A stretch of DNA of 32,000 nucleotides from Methylorubrum extorquens (lineage in GTDB: Bacteria; Pseudomonadota; Alphaproteobacteria; Rhizobiales; Beijerinckiaceae), in contig LT962688.1 of NCBI GenBank assembly GCA_900234795.1, positions 120,001 to 152,000 on the forward strand, in the 5' to 3' direction. The notes below the pieces were generated by a model. That model was not told the DNA's origin, searched no databases, and saw only the letters and a list, made by a program, of their open reading frames with translations. Made by a program: the position numbers and the translations under genes. Shown one piece after another: positions 17,616-25,914 of the stretch (positions are counted from its first letter, which is position 1; every line of letters starts with the position of its first letter).

Positions 17616-18335
17616 TCAGAAGCGCGTCGTGAGCGCGGTCAGCCAATCCGGCGAGGCCTCGACCAATGAGGTTTCGAGCGCCCGATCATAGCCCGACAGA
17701 ATCAGGGCGCCGGTGGCGACGAGGATCACGCCCAGCGCGAGCTTGAGCCCCTTGCCGACGCCCATCATCCGCGCGCGCCAGCGGATCAGCACCTCGCGCG
17801 ACAGCATCCCTAGGGCGACGAGGGGGAGGGCGGCCCCGAGGCCGAACACCAGCATGGTGACCGCCACAGTGCCGAGGTCGCGCCCCTGGGCGGCGAGCAG
17901 GGAGGCTGCGCCGAGGGTCGGGCCGACGCAGGGGCTCCAGACGGCGCCGAGGAGGAGGCCGACGGCGAACTGGCCCGCCAGCCCCGCGGTCGCGACCCCG
18001 CCGAATCGCTGCTCGGCCCAGTTGCTCAACGGCCCGGCCGCAACGGCGAACCGATTCTGCGCCGCCGGTACGATCAGGATAATGCCGAGCAGCACCAGCA
18101 GTACCGCCCCGATGGCGCGAAACCGGTCGCCGTCGAGGCCGAGCGCGAACCCGATCGTCGCGATGAACAGGCCGATCGCGACGAAGGAGAGCGCCAGACC
18201 GGCGGCCAGTGCCACGGGCCCGAGGCGATGCTCCGCGACCGCCGCGCCCAGCACCAGCGGAAGCAGCGGCAGTACGCAGGGCGACAGCACCGAGAGGAGG
18301 CCGGCAAGGAAGGCGAGGCCGAGATGGCTGGCCAT
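17616..18335 (-). CDS. ccdA: cytochrome c biogenesis protein CcdA / DsbD-family thiol-disulfide transporter
   Basis: 239-aa polytopic membrane protein with the two conserved cysteine motifs LSVLSPCVLPLLP and WSPCVGPTLG. Confidence 0.9.
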   Translation of the reverse strand: MASHLGLAFLAGLLSVLSPCVLPLLPLVLGAAVAEHRLGPVALAAGLALSFVAIGLFIATIGFALGLDGDRFRAIGAVLLVLLGIILIVPAAQNRFAVAAGPLSNWAEQRFGGVATAGLAGQFAVGLLLGAVWSPCVGPTLGAASLLAAQGRDLGTVAVTMLVFGLGAALPLVALGMLSREVLIRWRARMMGVGKGLKLALGVILVATGALILSGYDRALETSLVEASPDWLTALTTRF

Positions 18336-18514
18336 GGTGCGGCTCGAAACCCTTCGCCGAGACGTCCCTAGTCACACGCCGGCTGGATCGCCTCGGCCGG
18401 GTGCCCTCGTCTCCCGGCTTTCTCTACAGGCGAACGCCGTGCCCCGCATCGTCCGGCCGCCTTCCCTTGGTGCCGCATCCCAGGCGGCCCACTGTCTTCG
18501 CCGCCGTGCGCCGC

Positions 18515-20281
18515 TCACCCGTGCCCATGGGTCGACATGGACGCATTCCCCCGGATCAGCTCCCGGCCGGCATAGAGGCCGCCGACGACCTGCAGGTCGA
18601 GGCGCTCCGCGTCGCGCCGGCGAACCTCGGCCATGATCTCACCGGCCGCGTCCGGATCGGCCCCGATCGTCACCAACGCCTGCTCACCCAGCGCGAAGGC
18701 CGATTCGAGCGTCTCGCGCATCTGGTAGGCGACACCCGCCTCGATCAGCTCCACCGCGTGCTCGCGGTCACGGGCACGCGCCAGCACCGGAACCAGCGGA
18801 AACTCCGCCTTCGCCAGTTCAGCGATGCGCTTGGCCATGGCGCGGTCGTCGATGCAGATCAGGATCGCCCGCGCCGTCGCGGCGCCGGCCGCGCGTAGAA
18901 TGTCGAGCCGGGCCCCATCGCCGTAATAGACCTTGAAGCCGAACCCCTCGGCGAGGCGGATGTTGTCGGCATTGGTGTCGATGATCGAGACTGAGCACCC
19001 GCGCGAGATCAGCGGCTGGCTGACGATCTGCCCGAAGCGCCCGAACCCGATGATCAGGGCGCTGCCGACGAGATCCTCCGGCGCCTCGACGCCGTCCGTG
19101 GACGCGGTGGCCTTCGGCCCGAAGCGATCGAAGGCGATGACGGTCAGCGGCGTGATCGCCATCGACAGGATGACGGTGGCCGTCAGGATCGCGTTGGTGG
19201 TGCCGTCGATGATCCCCGCACTTGCCGCCGCCGCATAGAGCACGAAGGCGAATTCGCCGCCCTGCGCCATCAGGGCCGTCCGCTCCAGCGCTTCGGCATC
19301 TTTGGTCCGCAGGGCGCGGGCGACGCCGTAGATGACGAGGCTTTTGACCGCCATGTAGGCGGCCACGCTCATGAGGATCAGGCCCCAGTTCGCGGCGATC
19401 ACCGCGAGATCGAGGGACATCCCGACGCCGAGGAAGAACAGGCCGAGCAGGATGCCGCGGAACGGCTCGACATCGGCCTCCAGCTGGTGGCGGAAGCTCG
19501 ATTCCGAGAGCAGCACGCCGGCGAGGAAGGCCCCCATCGCCATGGAGAGGCCGCCGAGCTGCATCGCCAGCGCCGAGCCGAGCACGACCAGCAGTGCCGC
19601 CGCGGTCATCACCTCCCGCGCCTTCGCCGCGGCGAGCAGGCGGAACAGCGGGTTGAGCAGCCAGCGGCCCGCGGCCACGAGCGCGGCGATGGAAACCAGG
19701 GCGATGGCGACGGCGATGGCGCGCTCGGTCCCGCTCGTCTCGGCGCCGCCGGGCGCAAGCAGCGCGACGGCGGCCAGCAGCGGCACGATGGCGAGATCTT
19801 CGAGCAGCAGGATCGCGACGATCCGCTGGCCTTTCGGCGTCGAGAGCGAGCCGCGTTCTTCGAGAAGCTGCATGACGATGGCGGTCGAAGTGAGCACGAA
19901 GCCGGTGCCGGCCACGAAGGCCACGACGACCGGAAACCCCATGGCGACGCCGACCAGCGTGAGGGCGGCGATGCAGGCGCCGACCTGCGCGAGGCCGAGA
20001 CCGAAGATTTCGCGGCGCATGCCCCAGAGCCGCGACGGCTCCATCTCCAATCCGATGATGAAGAGGAACATCACGACGCCGAGTTCGGCGACGTGAAGGA
20101 TTGCGTGGGCGTCGGTGAAGAGGCCGACGCCGAACGGCCCGATGGCCAACCCCGCCACGAGGTAGCCGAGGACCGAGCCGAGCCCGAGCCGCTTGAACAA
20201 GGGAACGGCCACGACGCCCGCGGCGAGGAGGGAGACGACCTGAACGAGTTCGCTCGCGGCCCCGGATGCTTCGATCGCCAT
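18515..20281 (-). CDS. CPA2 family monovalent cation:proton antiporter, KefB/KefC-like, with a C-terminal RCK/TrkA-N domain
   Basis: 588 aa. The N-terminal Na_H_Exchanger-type membrane domain starts LLAAGVVAVPLFKRLGLGSVLGYLVAGLAIGPFG. The C-terminal Rossmann motif is ALIIGFGRFGQIV. Confidence 0.95.
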   Translation of the reverse strand: MAIEASGAASELVQVVSLLAAGVVAVPLFKRLGLGSVLGYLVAGLAIGPFGVGLFTDAHAILHVAELGVVMFLFIIGLEMEPSRLWGMRREIFGLGLAQVGACIAALTLVGVAMGFPVVVAFVAGTGFVLTSTAIVMQLLEERGSLSTPKGQRIVAILLLEDLAIVPLLAAVALLAPGGAETSGTERAIAVAIALVSIAALVAAGRWLLNPLFRLLAAAKAREVMTAAALLVVLGSALAMQLGGLSMAMGAFLAGVLLSESSFRHQLEADVEPFRGILLGLFFLGVGMSLDLAVIAANWGLILMSVAAYMAVKSLVIYGVARALRTKDAEALERTALMAQGGEFAFVLYAAAASAGIIDGTTNAILTATVILSMAITPLTVIAFDRFGPKATASTDGVEAPEDLVGSALIIGFGRFGQIVSQPLISRGCSVSIIDTNADNIRLAEGFGFKVYYGDGARLDILRAAGAATARAILICIDDRAMAKRIAELAKAEFPLVPVLARARDREHAVELIEAGVAYQMRETLESAFALGEQALVTIGADPDAAGEIMAEVRRRDAERLDLQVVGGLYAGRELIRGNASMSTHGHG

Positions 20282-20383
20282 GGCGTGGTCGGACCTCTGG
20301 ACGGGTTGGAAAGCGCCGGTCGGGCGCAGGACGGGGCGTGTGGGCAGGGCGCGCGCAGCCCTCGGTGAGCCGCGCGCCTTCGC

Positions 20384-21322
20384 TTACGGATAGCGGACGG
20401 GCGGGGGATCCTCGGGCAGCGGGATGAACTCGGCGTCGTTCGGCACCGTGTCGAAGCGGCCCTGGCGCCAATCCTCCTTGGCCTGGGCGATCCGCTCCGG
20501 CCGCGAGGAGACGAAGTTCCACCAGAGGTGCCGCGGGCCGTCCATCGGCTCGCCGCCCAGAACCATGAACCGCGCGGCCTCCGTGGCGCGCACGCTGATG
20601 CGGTCGCCGGGCCGGAACACCAAGAGCTGGCCGGGACCGAAACCGTCGCCGGCAATCTTGATCGCGCCCGCAACCGTATAGATCGCGCGCTCGTCGTAGG
20701 TCGGGTCCAGCGGCAGGACGGCGCCGGCTTCCAGCACCACATCGGCATAAACCATCGGGCTCGATGTCCGCACCGGCGAGCGCGCGCCGAAGGCTTCGCC
20801 CGCGATCAGGCGCACGGTCTTGCCCTCGCCTGTGAGGACCGGAAGCGCCGAGGCATCATAGTGCTCGAAGGCCGGCGCGCTTTCCTCCTCCCGAGCCGAC
20901 AGGGCGACCCAGCTCTGGATGCCGAACAGGCGGGAGCCGGTCTGGCGGAGGGTCGGGGCGGTTCGCTCCGAATGGGTGATGCCGCGTCCGGCCGTCATCC
21001 AATTCAGTTCGCCCGGCCGGATCGGCAGCTCGGTGCCGAGACTGTCGCGATGCATGATTTCGCCGTCGAACAGGTAGGTGACGGTCGAAAGGCCGATATG
21101 CGGGTGCGGACGGACATCCATACCCTGACCGAGCAGGAACTCGGACGGTCCCATCTGGTCGAAGAAGATGAACGGGCCGACCATCCGGCACTCGGTCGAG
21201 GGGAGGGCGCGGCGCACGGCAAACGAGCCGAGATCGCGCGAGCGCGGCACGATCAAGGTCTGGATTGCGTCGCAACTGAAATGGTCGCCCGGGATCGGAT
21301 CATCCGCACTGTGCCAACTCAT
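20384..21322 (-). CDS. pirin family protein
   Basis: I placed the start at the ATG at 21322, preceded by GGGAGAAGGG. The cupin metal site reads [11 protein letters not shown]...[28 protein letters not shown], and the bicupin length of 312 aa fits. Confidence 0.9.
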   Translation of the reverse strand: MSWHSADDPIPGDHFSCDAIQTLIVPRSRDLGSFAVRRALPSTECRMVGPFIFFDQMGPSEFLLGQGMDVRPHPHIGLSTVTYLFDGEIMHRDSLGTELPIRPGELNWMTAGRGITHSERTAPTLRQTGSRLFGIQSWVALSAREEESAPAFEHYDASALPVLTGEGKTVRLIAGEAFGARSPVRTSSPMVYADVVLEAGAVLPLDPTYDERAIYTVAGAIKIAGDGFGPGQLLVFRPGDRISVRATEAARFMVLGGEPMDGPRHLWWNFVSSRPERIAQAKEDWRQGRFDTVPNDAEFIPLPEDPPPVRYP

Positions 21323-21890
21323 CGCCCTTCTCCCTCTTCGGCCGAGACCGACGGCACGGCACGGCGCGAGACGCGTGTCGATCGCCGCGTCGCCCGTCAT
21401 CCTGTGTCGGCGTGTCGTCGAAAGCACTATGGAATGAGCGTGATCGAACGAAAATGGAAACTGATGAAACGTATCGTTTCCAAGAATACCTTTCTTGACC
21501 CTTCACGCCCCGTTCGGTAGCCGCGCAATGCGCCCGCCCGTTTGGCCTGACGTCCCCTGCCTCGCGGCCTATCCCTATGTCATCGTGCGCGTGGCCTGCT
21601 CCCATTGTCCGAACCGCACGGGCAGCTACCGGCTTGCTCGGTTGGCCGCTCGGCTTGGCCCTGAGACTTCGCTAGAGGAACATGCTTCGGCTTGCTCAGC
21701 GCGCCCGCAGCCGGCTTTCCACATCTCCATGAGCGCCGCACCGGTGCTGGCGACGCACCGCCTTGGCCGCATGGCAACCTCAGCCGGATACCTCTGGGGT
21801 GCAGGCGGGTTTCCGTTGATGCAAGCCGATGGCGTGATGCCCGAACATGCGGCTCACCATCGGCCTCACGAGCAGGAGGGAGCTACCGCT

Positions 21891-22238
21891 ATGGCAGACA
21901 TTCGCTCACACGACCCGCTTGGCAGATCCGATGGCGGGCCAGCATCCGGCCGAGGCGGCTCAACGAGTGGTGGCGGGGCAGCGGATCAGGCGCGACAGGC
22001 GTTGCGCGATGCGACGGATAAAGCTTCTGACGCCTGGGACAGCGCCTCGGAGTACGGCTCGCGGTACTACCGTCAGGGAAGCCGAGCAGTCGGCAATGTG
22101 GATTCAACCACGATGACGGGCTTCCTCGTCGCGGGGGCTATCGGCTTCGGGCTCGGCTGGTTGGTGTTCGGCCAGCACTCCTATTCAGGGGATTACGTCG
22201 CGAGACGCATGAGCCGCAGCAGCGAGCGCGATTACTAA
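21891..22238 (+). CDS. hypothetical C-terminally membrane-anchored protein (weakly ElaB/YqjD/DUF883-like)
   Basis: GGAGGGAG lies upstream of the ATG at 21891. The N-terminal part is polar (DQARQALRDATDKASDAWDSASEYG), followed by one TM helix (MTGFLVAGAIGFGLGWLVFG). The 247-aa ORF from 21495 is an in-frame read-through of upstream non-genic or relic sequence. Confidence 0.5.
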   Translation: MADIRSHDPLGRSDGGPASGRGGSTSGGGAADQARQALRDATDKASDAWDSASEYGSRYYRQGSRAVGNVDSTTMTGFLVAGAIGFGLGWLVFGQHSYSGDYVARRMSRSSERDY

Positions 22239-22302
22239 ATCGGAGCTGCCGGCGACTGGCCAAGCCGAGCAAGGCACAGTCTGTCGTCGGCACCCCCCTC
22301 TC

Positions 22303-22452
22303 ATGCCTGGTGTCTTCCCCGACCAGATCGCCCCCGTGGTTTTGGGCGGTAAGGTGCGCCGCGAGCTGACTATGATGCGCTGGGGCATCCCAGGGCCGAA
22401 GACTTACGGCAAACAGTCCGTCACCAACGTCCACTGTTGGATGGGCGCATGA
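22303..22452 (+). pseudogene. fragment of an SOS-response-associated peptidase (SRAP/YedK, DUF159) gene
   Basis: It is below the ORF-track size cutoff. My translation is MPGVFPDQIAPVVLGGKVRRELTMMRWGIPGPKTYGKQSVTNVHCWMGA*. This matches the conserved internal SRAP block (PGIFPDQ.APVV....RELv.MRWG.P......pVTNvRN). It lacks the catalytic N-terminal Cys2 segment and the whole C-terminal half. Similarity continues a few codons upstream (HPPL) and possibly past the TGA (RRW). Confidence 0.65.
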
Positions 22453-22666
22453 AGGAGGTGGCGCGTGGCGAGCGTCACGGCGGAGAGGCAACCCCATAGG
22501 AGGGTCGAAGCCTCGTGCGCTTTGTGATGCCGCGGCAGGGAACGGAAAGTCGCTGACCCGGCAGTGCCAAGCTGCAGTTCATATCGCCGCACTTTTGAGG
22601 TTCACGGCCAAAAACCATGAGCCCTCAGGCATTGCGACTGATTGTGCTTTTCGATCCAGAGGGGAA

Positions 22667-22741
22667 TGGCGCGCCCTGCGGGAATCGAACCCGCCTTTTC
22701 AGCGTGAAAGGCTGACGTCCTAACCGATAGACGAAGGGCGC
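22667..22741 (-). tRNA. tRNA-Glu (anticodon UUC)
   Basis: 75-nt cloverleaf folded by hand: GCGCCCT TC GTCT ATCGGTTA GGAC G TCAGC CTTTCAC GCTGA AAAG GCGGG TTCGATT CCCGC AGGGCGC G CCA. All stems are Watson-Crick paired and CCA is encoded. Confidence 0.95.
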
Positions 22742-22758
22742 TGTCTGACGGCGACCGG

Positions 22759-22787
22759 TCTATAGTCGGGTTCGCCGCCGACGGCAA
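22759..22787 (-). promoter_or_regulatory. candidate sigma70-type promoter for tRNA-Glu
   Basis: The minus strand reads TTGCCG-N17-TATAGA, ending about 18 nt upstream of the mature tRNA 5' end. Confidence 0.4.
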
Positions 22788-22888
22788 CGGCTTTGCCGCA
22801 TGATTCCGCGACTTGACGCGGGGCGGTCCCATCGGCTTCTCGGACATCCGATACGCCGCGTCCCTTTCCTGCCCTGAAAGACCCGCCC

Positions 22889-23695
22889 ATGACCCCGCCG
22901 CGCGACCGCCCGGCCAAGCCGTACGGCTTCCGGCCCCGCCCGCGAACCCAGCCTCCGGGACCGGCCGCGCGTGAGGGGAAGGACCATGTCGTGCTCTATG
23001 GCTGGCACCCCGTCTCGCAGGCCTTGGCCAATGCGGGCCGCCACTTCCATCGGCTGCTCGCCACCGAGAATGCGCTGGCGCGCCTGAAAGAGGCCGGCAT
23101 CGAACTGCCGATCGAACCGGAGATGGTCCGCCCGAGCGCGATCGACCGGCTGCTCGGCCCGGACGCGGTGCATCAGGGCCTCTATGCGGAGGCCGAGCCG
23201 CTGGCCGCACCCGCACTCGACGCGATGCCGGACGACGCGCTGCTGCTCGCGCTCGATCAGATCACCGATCCGCACAATGTCGGCGCCATCGTCCGAACGG
23301 CGGCCGCGTTCGGCGTCACCGCCATCGTCACCACCGCGCGCCACTCCCCGAATGCCACGGGCGTACTGGCGAAATCGGCGTCCGGCGGCCTGGAGCACGT
23401 CCCGCTGGTGATCGTCCGCAACCTCGCCGAGGCACTGATCACGCTCGGCGAGCGCGGTTTCACCCGGATCGGTCTCGATTCGGACGCCGGCACGACCCTC
23501 GACGCGGTCGGCCCGCGCCGTCCGGCGGTGCTCGTGCTCGGGGCCGAGGGCAAGGGCCTGCGTCAGCGCACCACCGAATGCTGCGACCTGCTGGTGCGCA
23601 TCGACGCGACCGGCGCCATCCGCAGCCTCAACGTCTCGAACGCCGCGGCGATCACCCTCTACGCCCTGACGCGTTCGGCCGGGACGGCGGCCTGA
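22889..23695 (+). CDS. rlmB: 23S rRNA (guanosine-2'-O)-methyltransferase RlmB (SpoU/TrmH family)
   Basis: 268 aa with the SpoU motifs LDQITDPHNVGAIVRTAAAFG, LVLGAEGKGLR and SLNVSNAAAITLY, plus an N-terminal substrate-binding domain (VLYGWHPVSQAL). Confidence 0.9.
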   Translation: MTPPRDRPAKPYGFRPRPRTQPPGPAAREGKDHVVLYGWHPVSQALANAGRHFHRLLATENALARLKEAGIELPIEPEMVRPSAIDRLLGPDAVHQGLYAEAEPLAAPALDAMPDDALLLALDQITDPHNVGAIVRTAAAFGVTAIVTTARHSPNATGVLAKSASGGLEHVPLVIVRNLAEALITLGERGFTRIGLDSDAGTTLDAVGPRRPAVLVLGAEGKGLRQRTTECCDLLVRIDATGAIRSLNVSNAAAITLYALTRSAGTAA

Positions 23696-23703
23696 AACCT
23701 GAT

Positions 23704-23725
23704 CCCGGCGCCGGATGGCGCCGGG
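23704..23725 (+). terminator. GC hairpin after rlmB (possible terminator, no U-tract)
   Basis: CCCGGCGCC-ggat-GGCGCCGGG forms a perfect 9-bp stem starting 9 nt after the rlmB stop. The lack of a T-run lowers confidence. Confidence 0.35.
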
Positions 23726-24109
23726 CATCGTCTGAAGACCGATACGCTCCGGTCTGGTCGCGACAAGATCCCGGACGAATCGTATCCGCCTGAACTCAAC
23801 TCTCGCGGCGGCGCTCGCGTCCGAGACTCCGGCATTTCAAGACGTTGCAAGACGTTGCGTCGCGCACGCGGATCCGGTATCGCTCGCACCGATTTCCTCA
23901 TCGATACCGTCAGGATCCAGGCTTTCTTGCCCGGCGGACGAATCGCCGGGGGGATCGAGCCCTCGGCCATCGCTTTCAACATGCGTCGGCCCTCCGAAAG
24001 GAGGCGAGCCCGGCCGGATCGTCCATCCGGCGGGCGGCGGTGACGGGGGTCCTTTGCAACACGAGCCGCCGACGCAGGCCTCACGAAATGGGGCCATTCA
24101 GGAGAAAGA

Positions 24110-25822
24110 ATGTCAGCTGGTCTGAACGTAAGCTCTTCGGCCCGCGAGGATTTCGCGGCCCTGCTCGAGGAATCCTTCCTCCAGCATGAGATCACCGAAG
24201 GTTCGGTCGTCAAGGGCACCGTCGTCGGCATCGAGAAAGATGTCGCCGTCATCGATATCGGTGCCAAGACCGAGGGGCGCGTCCCCCTCAAGGAATTCAC
24301 CGGCCCGGGCCGCGAGGGCGAGCTCAAGGTTGGCGACGAGGTCGAGGTTTACGTCGACCGCATTGAGAACGCGCTGGGCGAGGCCGTCATCTCGCGCGAC
24401 AAGGCGCGCCGCGAGGAGTCGTGGGTCAAGCTCGAGAAGGCCTTCGAGGCCAACGAGCGCGTCACCGGCACGATCTTCAACCAGGTCAAGGGCGGCTACA
24501 CCGTCGATCTCGACGGCGCCGTGGCGTTCCTGCCGCGCTCCCAGGTCGATATCCGTCCGGTCCGCGACGTGACCCCGCTGCTCGGCACGCCCCAGCCGTT
24601 CCAGATCCTCAAGATGGATCGCCGCCGCGGCAACATCGTCGTGTCGCGCCGCACCGTGCTCGAAGAGAGCCGCGCCGAGCAGCGCTCGGAGCTGGTGGCC
24701 AACCTTGAGGAAGGTCAGGTCATCGACGGCGTCGTCAAGAACATCACCGAGTACGGCGCCTTCGTCGATCTCGGCGGTATCGACGGCCTGCTGCACGTCA
24801 CCGACATGGCGTGGCGCCGCGTGAACCACCCGTCCGAGGTCGTGACCATCGGCCAGACGGTCAAGGTCAAGATCATCAAGATCAACCACGAGACGCACCG
24901 CATCTCGCTCGGCATCAAGCAGCTCCTGGCCGATCCGTGGGAGGGCATCGCCGCCCGTTACCCCGAGGAAGCCAAGCTCAAGGGCCGCGTGACCAACATC
25001 ACCGACTACGGCGCCTTCGTGGAGCTGGAGCCGGGGATCGAGGGCCTGATCCACGTCTCCGAGATGAGCTGGACCAAGAAGAACGTCCATCCGGGCAAGA
25101 TCGTCTCCACCTCTCAGGAGGTCGAGGTGCAGATCCTGGAAGTCGATTCGGTCAAGCGCCGCATCTCGCTCGGCCTCAAGCAGACCCTTCAGAACCCGTG
25201 GGATGCCTTCGCTGAGAAGCACCCGGTCGGTTCCGAGGTCGAGGGCGAGGTCAAGAACAAGACCGAGTTCGGCCTGTTCATCGGCCTCGAAGGCGATGTC
25301 GACGGCATGGTTCACCTGTCGGATCTCGACTGGAACCGTCCCGGCGAGCAGGTCATCGAGGAGTTCAAGAAGGGCGACATGGTGCGTGCCCAGGTTCTCG
25401 ACGTCGATGTCGAAAAGGAGCGCATCTCGCTCGGCGTGAAGCAGCTCGGCGGCGATCCCTTCGCCGAAGCCGGCGAGGTCAAGAAGGGCCAGATCGTCAC
25501 CTGCGAGGTCATCGAGGTGAAGGATTCCGGCCTGGAGGTGAAGCTCGTCGACACCGACATGCAGACCTTCATCCGCCGCGCCGAACTCGCCCGTGACCGT
25601 GGCGACCAGCGTCCCGAGCGTTTCGCCGCCGGCGAGAAGTTCGACGCGCGCGTCATCCAGTTCGATCGCAAGGCCCGCCGCGTGCAGGTCTCGATCAAGG
25701 CTCTGGAAGTCGCCGAGGAGAAGGAGGCGATGGCCCAGTTCGGCTCCGCCGATTCGGGCGCTTCGCTCGGCGACATCCTCGGTGCCGCCTTCAACAAGAA
25801 GAAGGGTGGCGACGAGGAGTAA
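24110..25822 (+). CDS. rpsA: 30S ribosomal protein S1
   Basis: 570 aa with six S1 repeats (e.g. GTVVGIEKDVAVIDIGAKTEG, GVVKNITEYGAFVDLGGIDGLLHVTDM, GRVTNITDYGAFVELEPGIEGLIHVSEM). AGGAGA precedes the ATG. Confidence 0.97.
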   Translation: MSAGLNVSSSAREDFAALLEESFLQHEITEGSVVKGTVVGIEKDVAVIDIGAKTEGRVPLKEFTGPGREGELKVGDEVEVYVDRIENALGEAVISRDKARREESWVKLEKAFEANERVTGTIFNQVKGGYTVDLDGAVAFLPRSQVDIRPVRDVTPLLGTPQPFQILKMDRRRGNIVVSRRTVLEESRAEQRSELVANLEEGQVIDGVVKNITEYGAFVDLGGIDGLLHVTDMAWRRVNHPSEVVTIGQTVKVKIIKINHETHRISLGIKQLLADPWEGIAARYPEEAKLKGRVTNITDYGAFVELEPGIEGLIHVSEMSWTKKNVHPGKIVSTSQEVEVQILEVDSVKRRISLGLKQTLQNPWDAFAEKHPVGSEVEGEVKNKTEFGLFIGLEGDVDGMVHLSDLDWNRPGEQVIEEFKKGDMVRAQVLDVDVEKERISLGVKQLGGDPFAEAGEVKKGQIVTCEVIEVKDSGLEVKLVDTDMQTFIRRAELARDRGDQRPERFAAGEKFDARVIQFDRKARRVQVSIKALEVAEEKEAMAQFGSADSGASLGDILGAAFNKKKGGDEE

Positions 25823-25847
25823 GCCTCGCTGCCTTCCGATAATGCCT

Positions 25848-25879
25848 CGGGGCCGGCTCTGCCGGCCCCGAACTTTTTC
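25848..25879 (+). terminator. rho-independent terminator of rpsA
   Basis: The stem-loop CGGGGCCGGC-tct-GCCGGCCCCG is followed by AACTTTTTCT and starts 26 nt after the rpsA stop. Confidence 0.8.
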
Positions 25880-25914
25880 TGGTCCCGTTTTCGAATCGTC
25901 CCGAAGCGAGCGCG

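Noticed and set aside
18819-20522. 567-aa minus-strand ORF
   Set aside because: It is an alternative frame of the KefB/C-like gene, Arg/Pro/Gly-rich and without membrane helices.
21438-21450. Possible attR-like partial repeat of the tRNA-Glu 3' end (gcgtgatcgaacg versus gcgggaatcgaacc)
   Set aside because: Only a 7-mer (atcgaac) plus a few flanking bases match, which is too short to distinguish from chance without a search.
21446-21478. Possible EcfG-type general-stress promoter (GGAAC-N16/17-CGTT) upstream of the DUF883-like gene
   Set aside because: The spacing is wrong: GGAAAC to CGTT is 13 nt, and GAAC to CGTA is 20 nt. The site is also more than 400 nt from the start codon. It does not fit the consensus, so I report only the inverted repeat.
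21495-22238. 247-aa ORF read as one protein
   Set aside because: It would start at a TTG with no ribosome-binding site, and the first 130 codons have irregular codon usage. A strong GGAGGGAG-ATG at 21891 begins the coherent polar-plus-TM protein. The upstream part is discussed as a possible relic.
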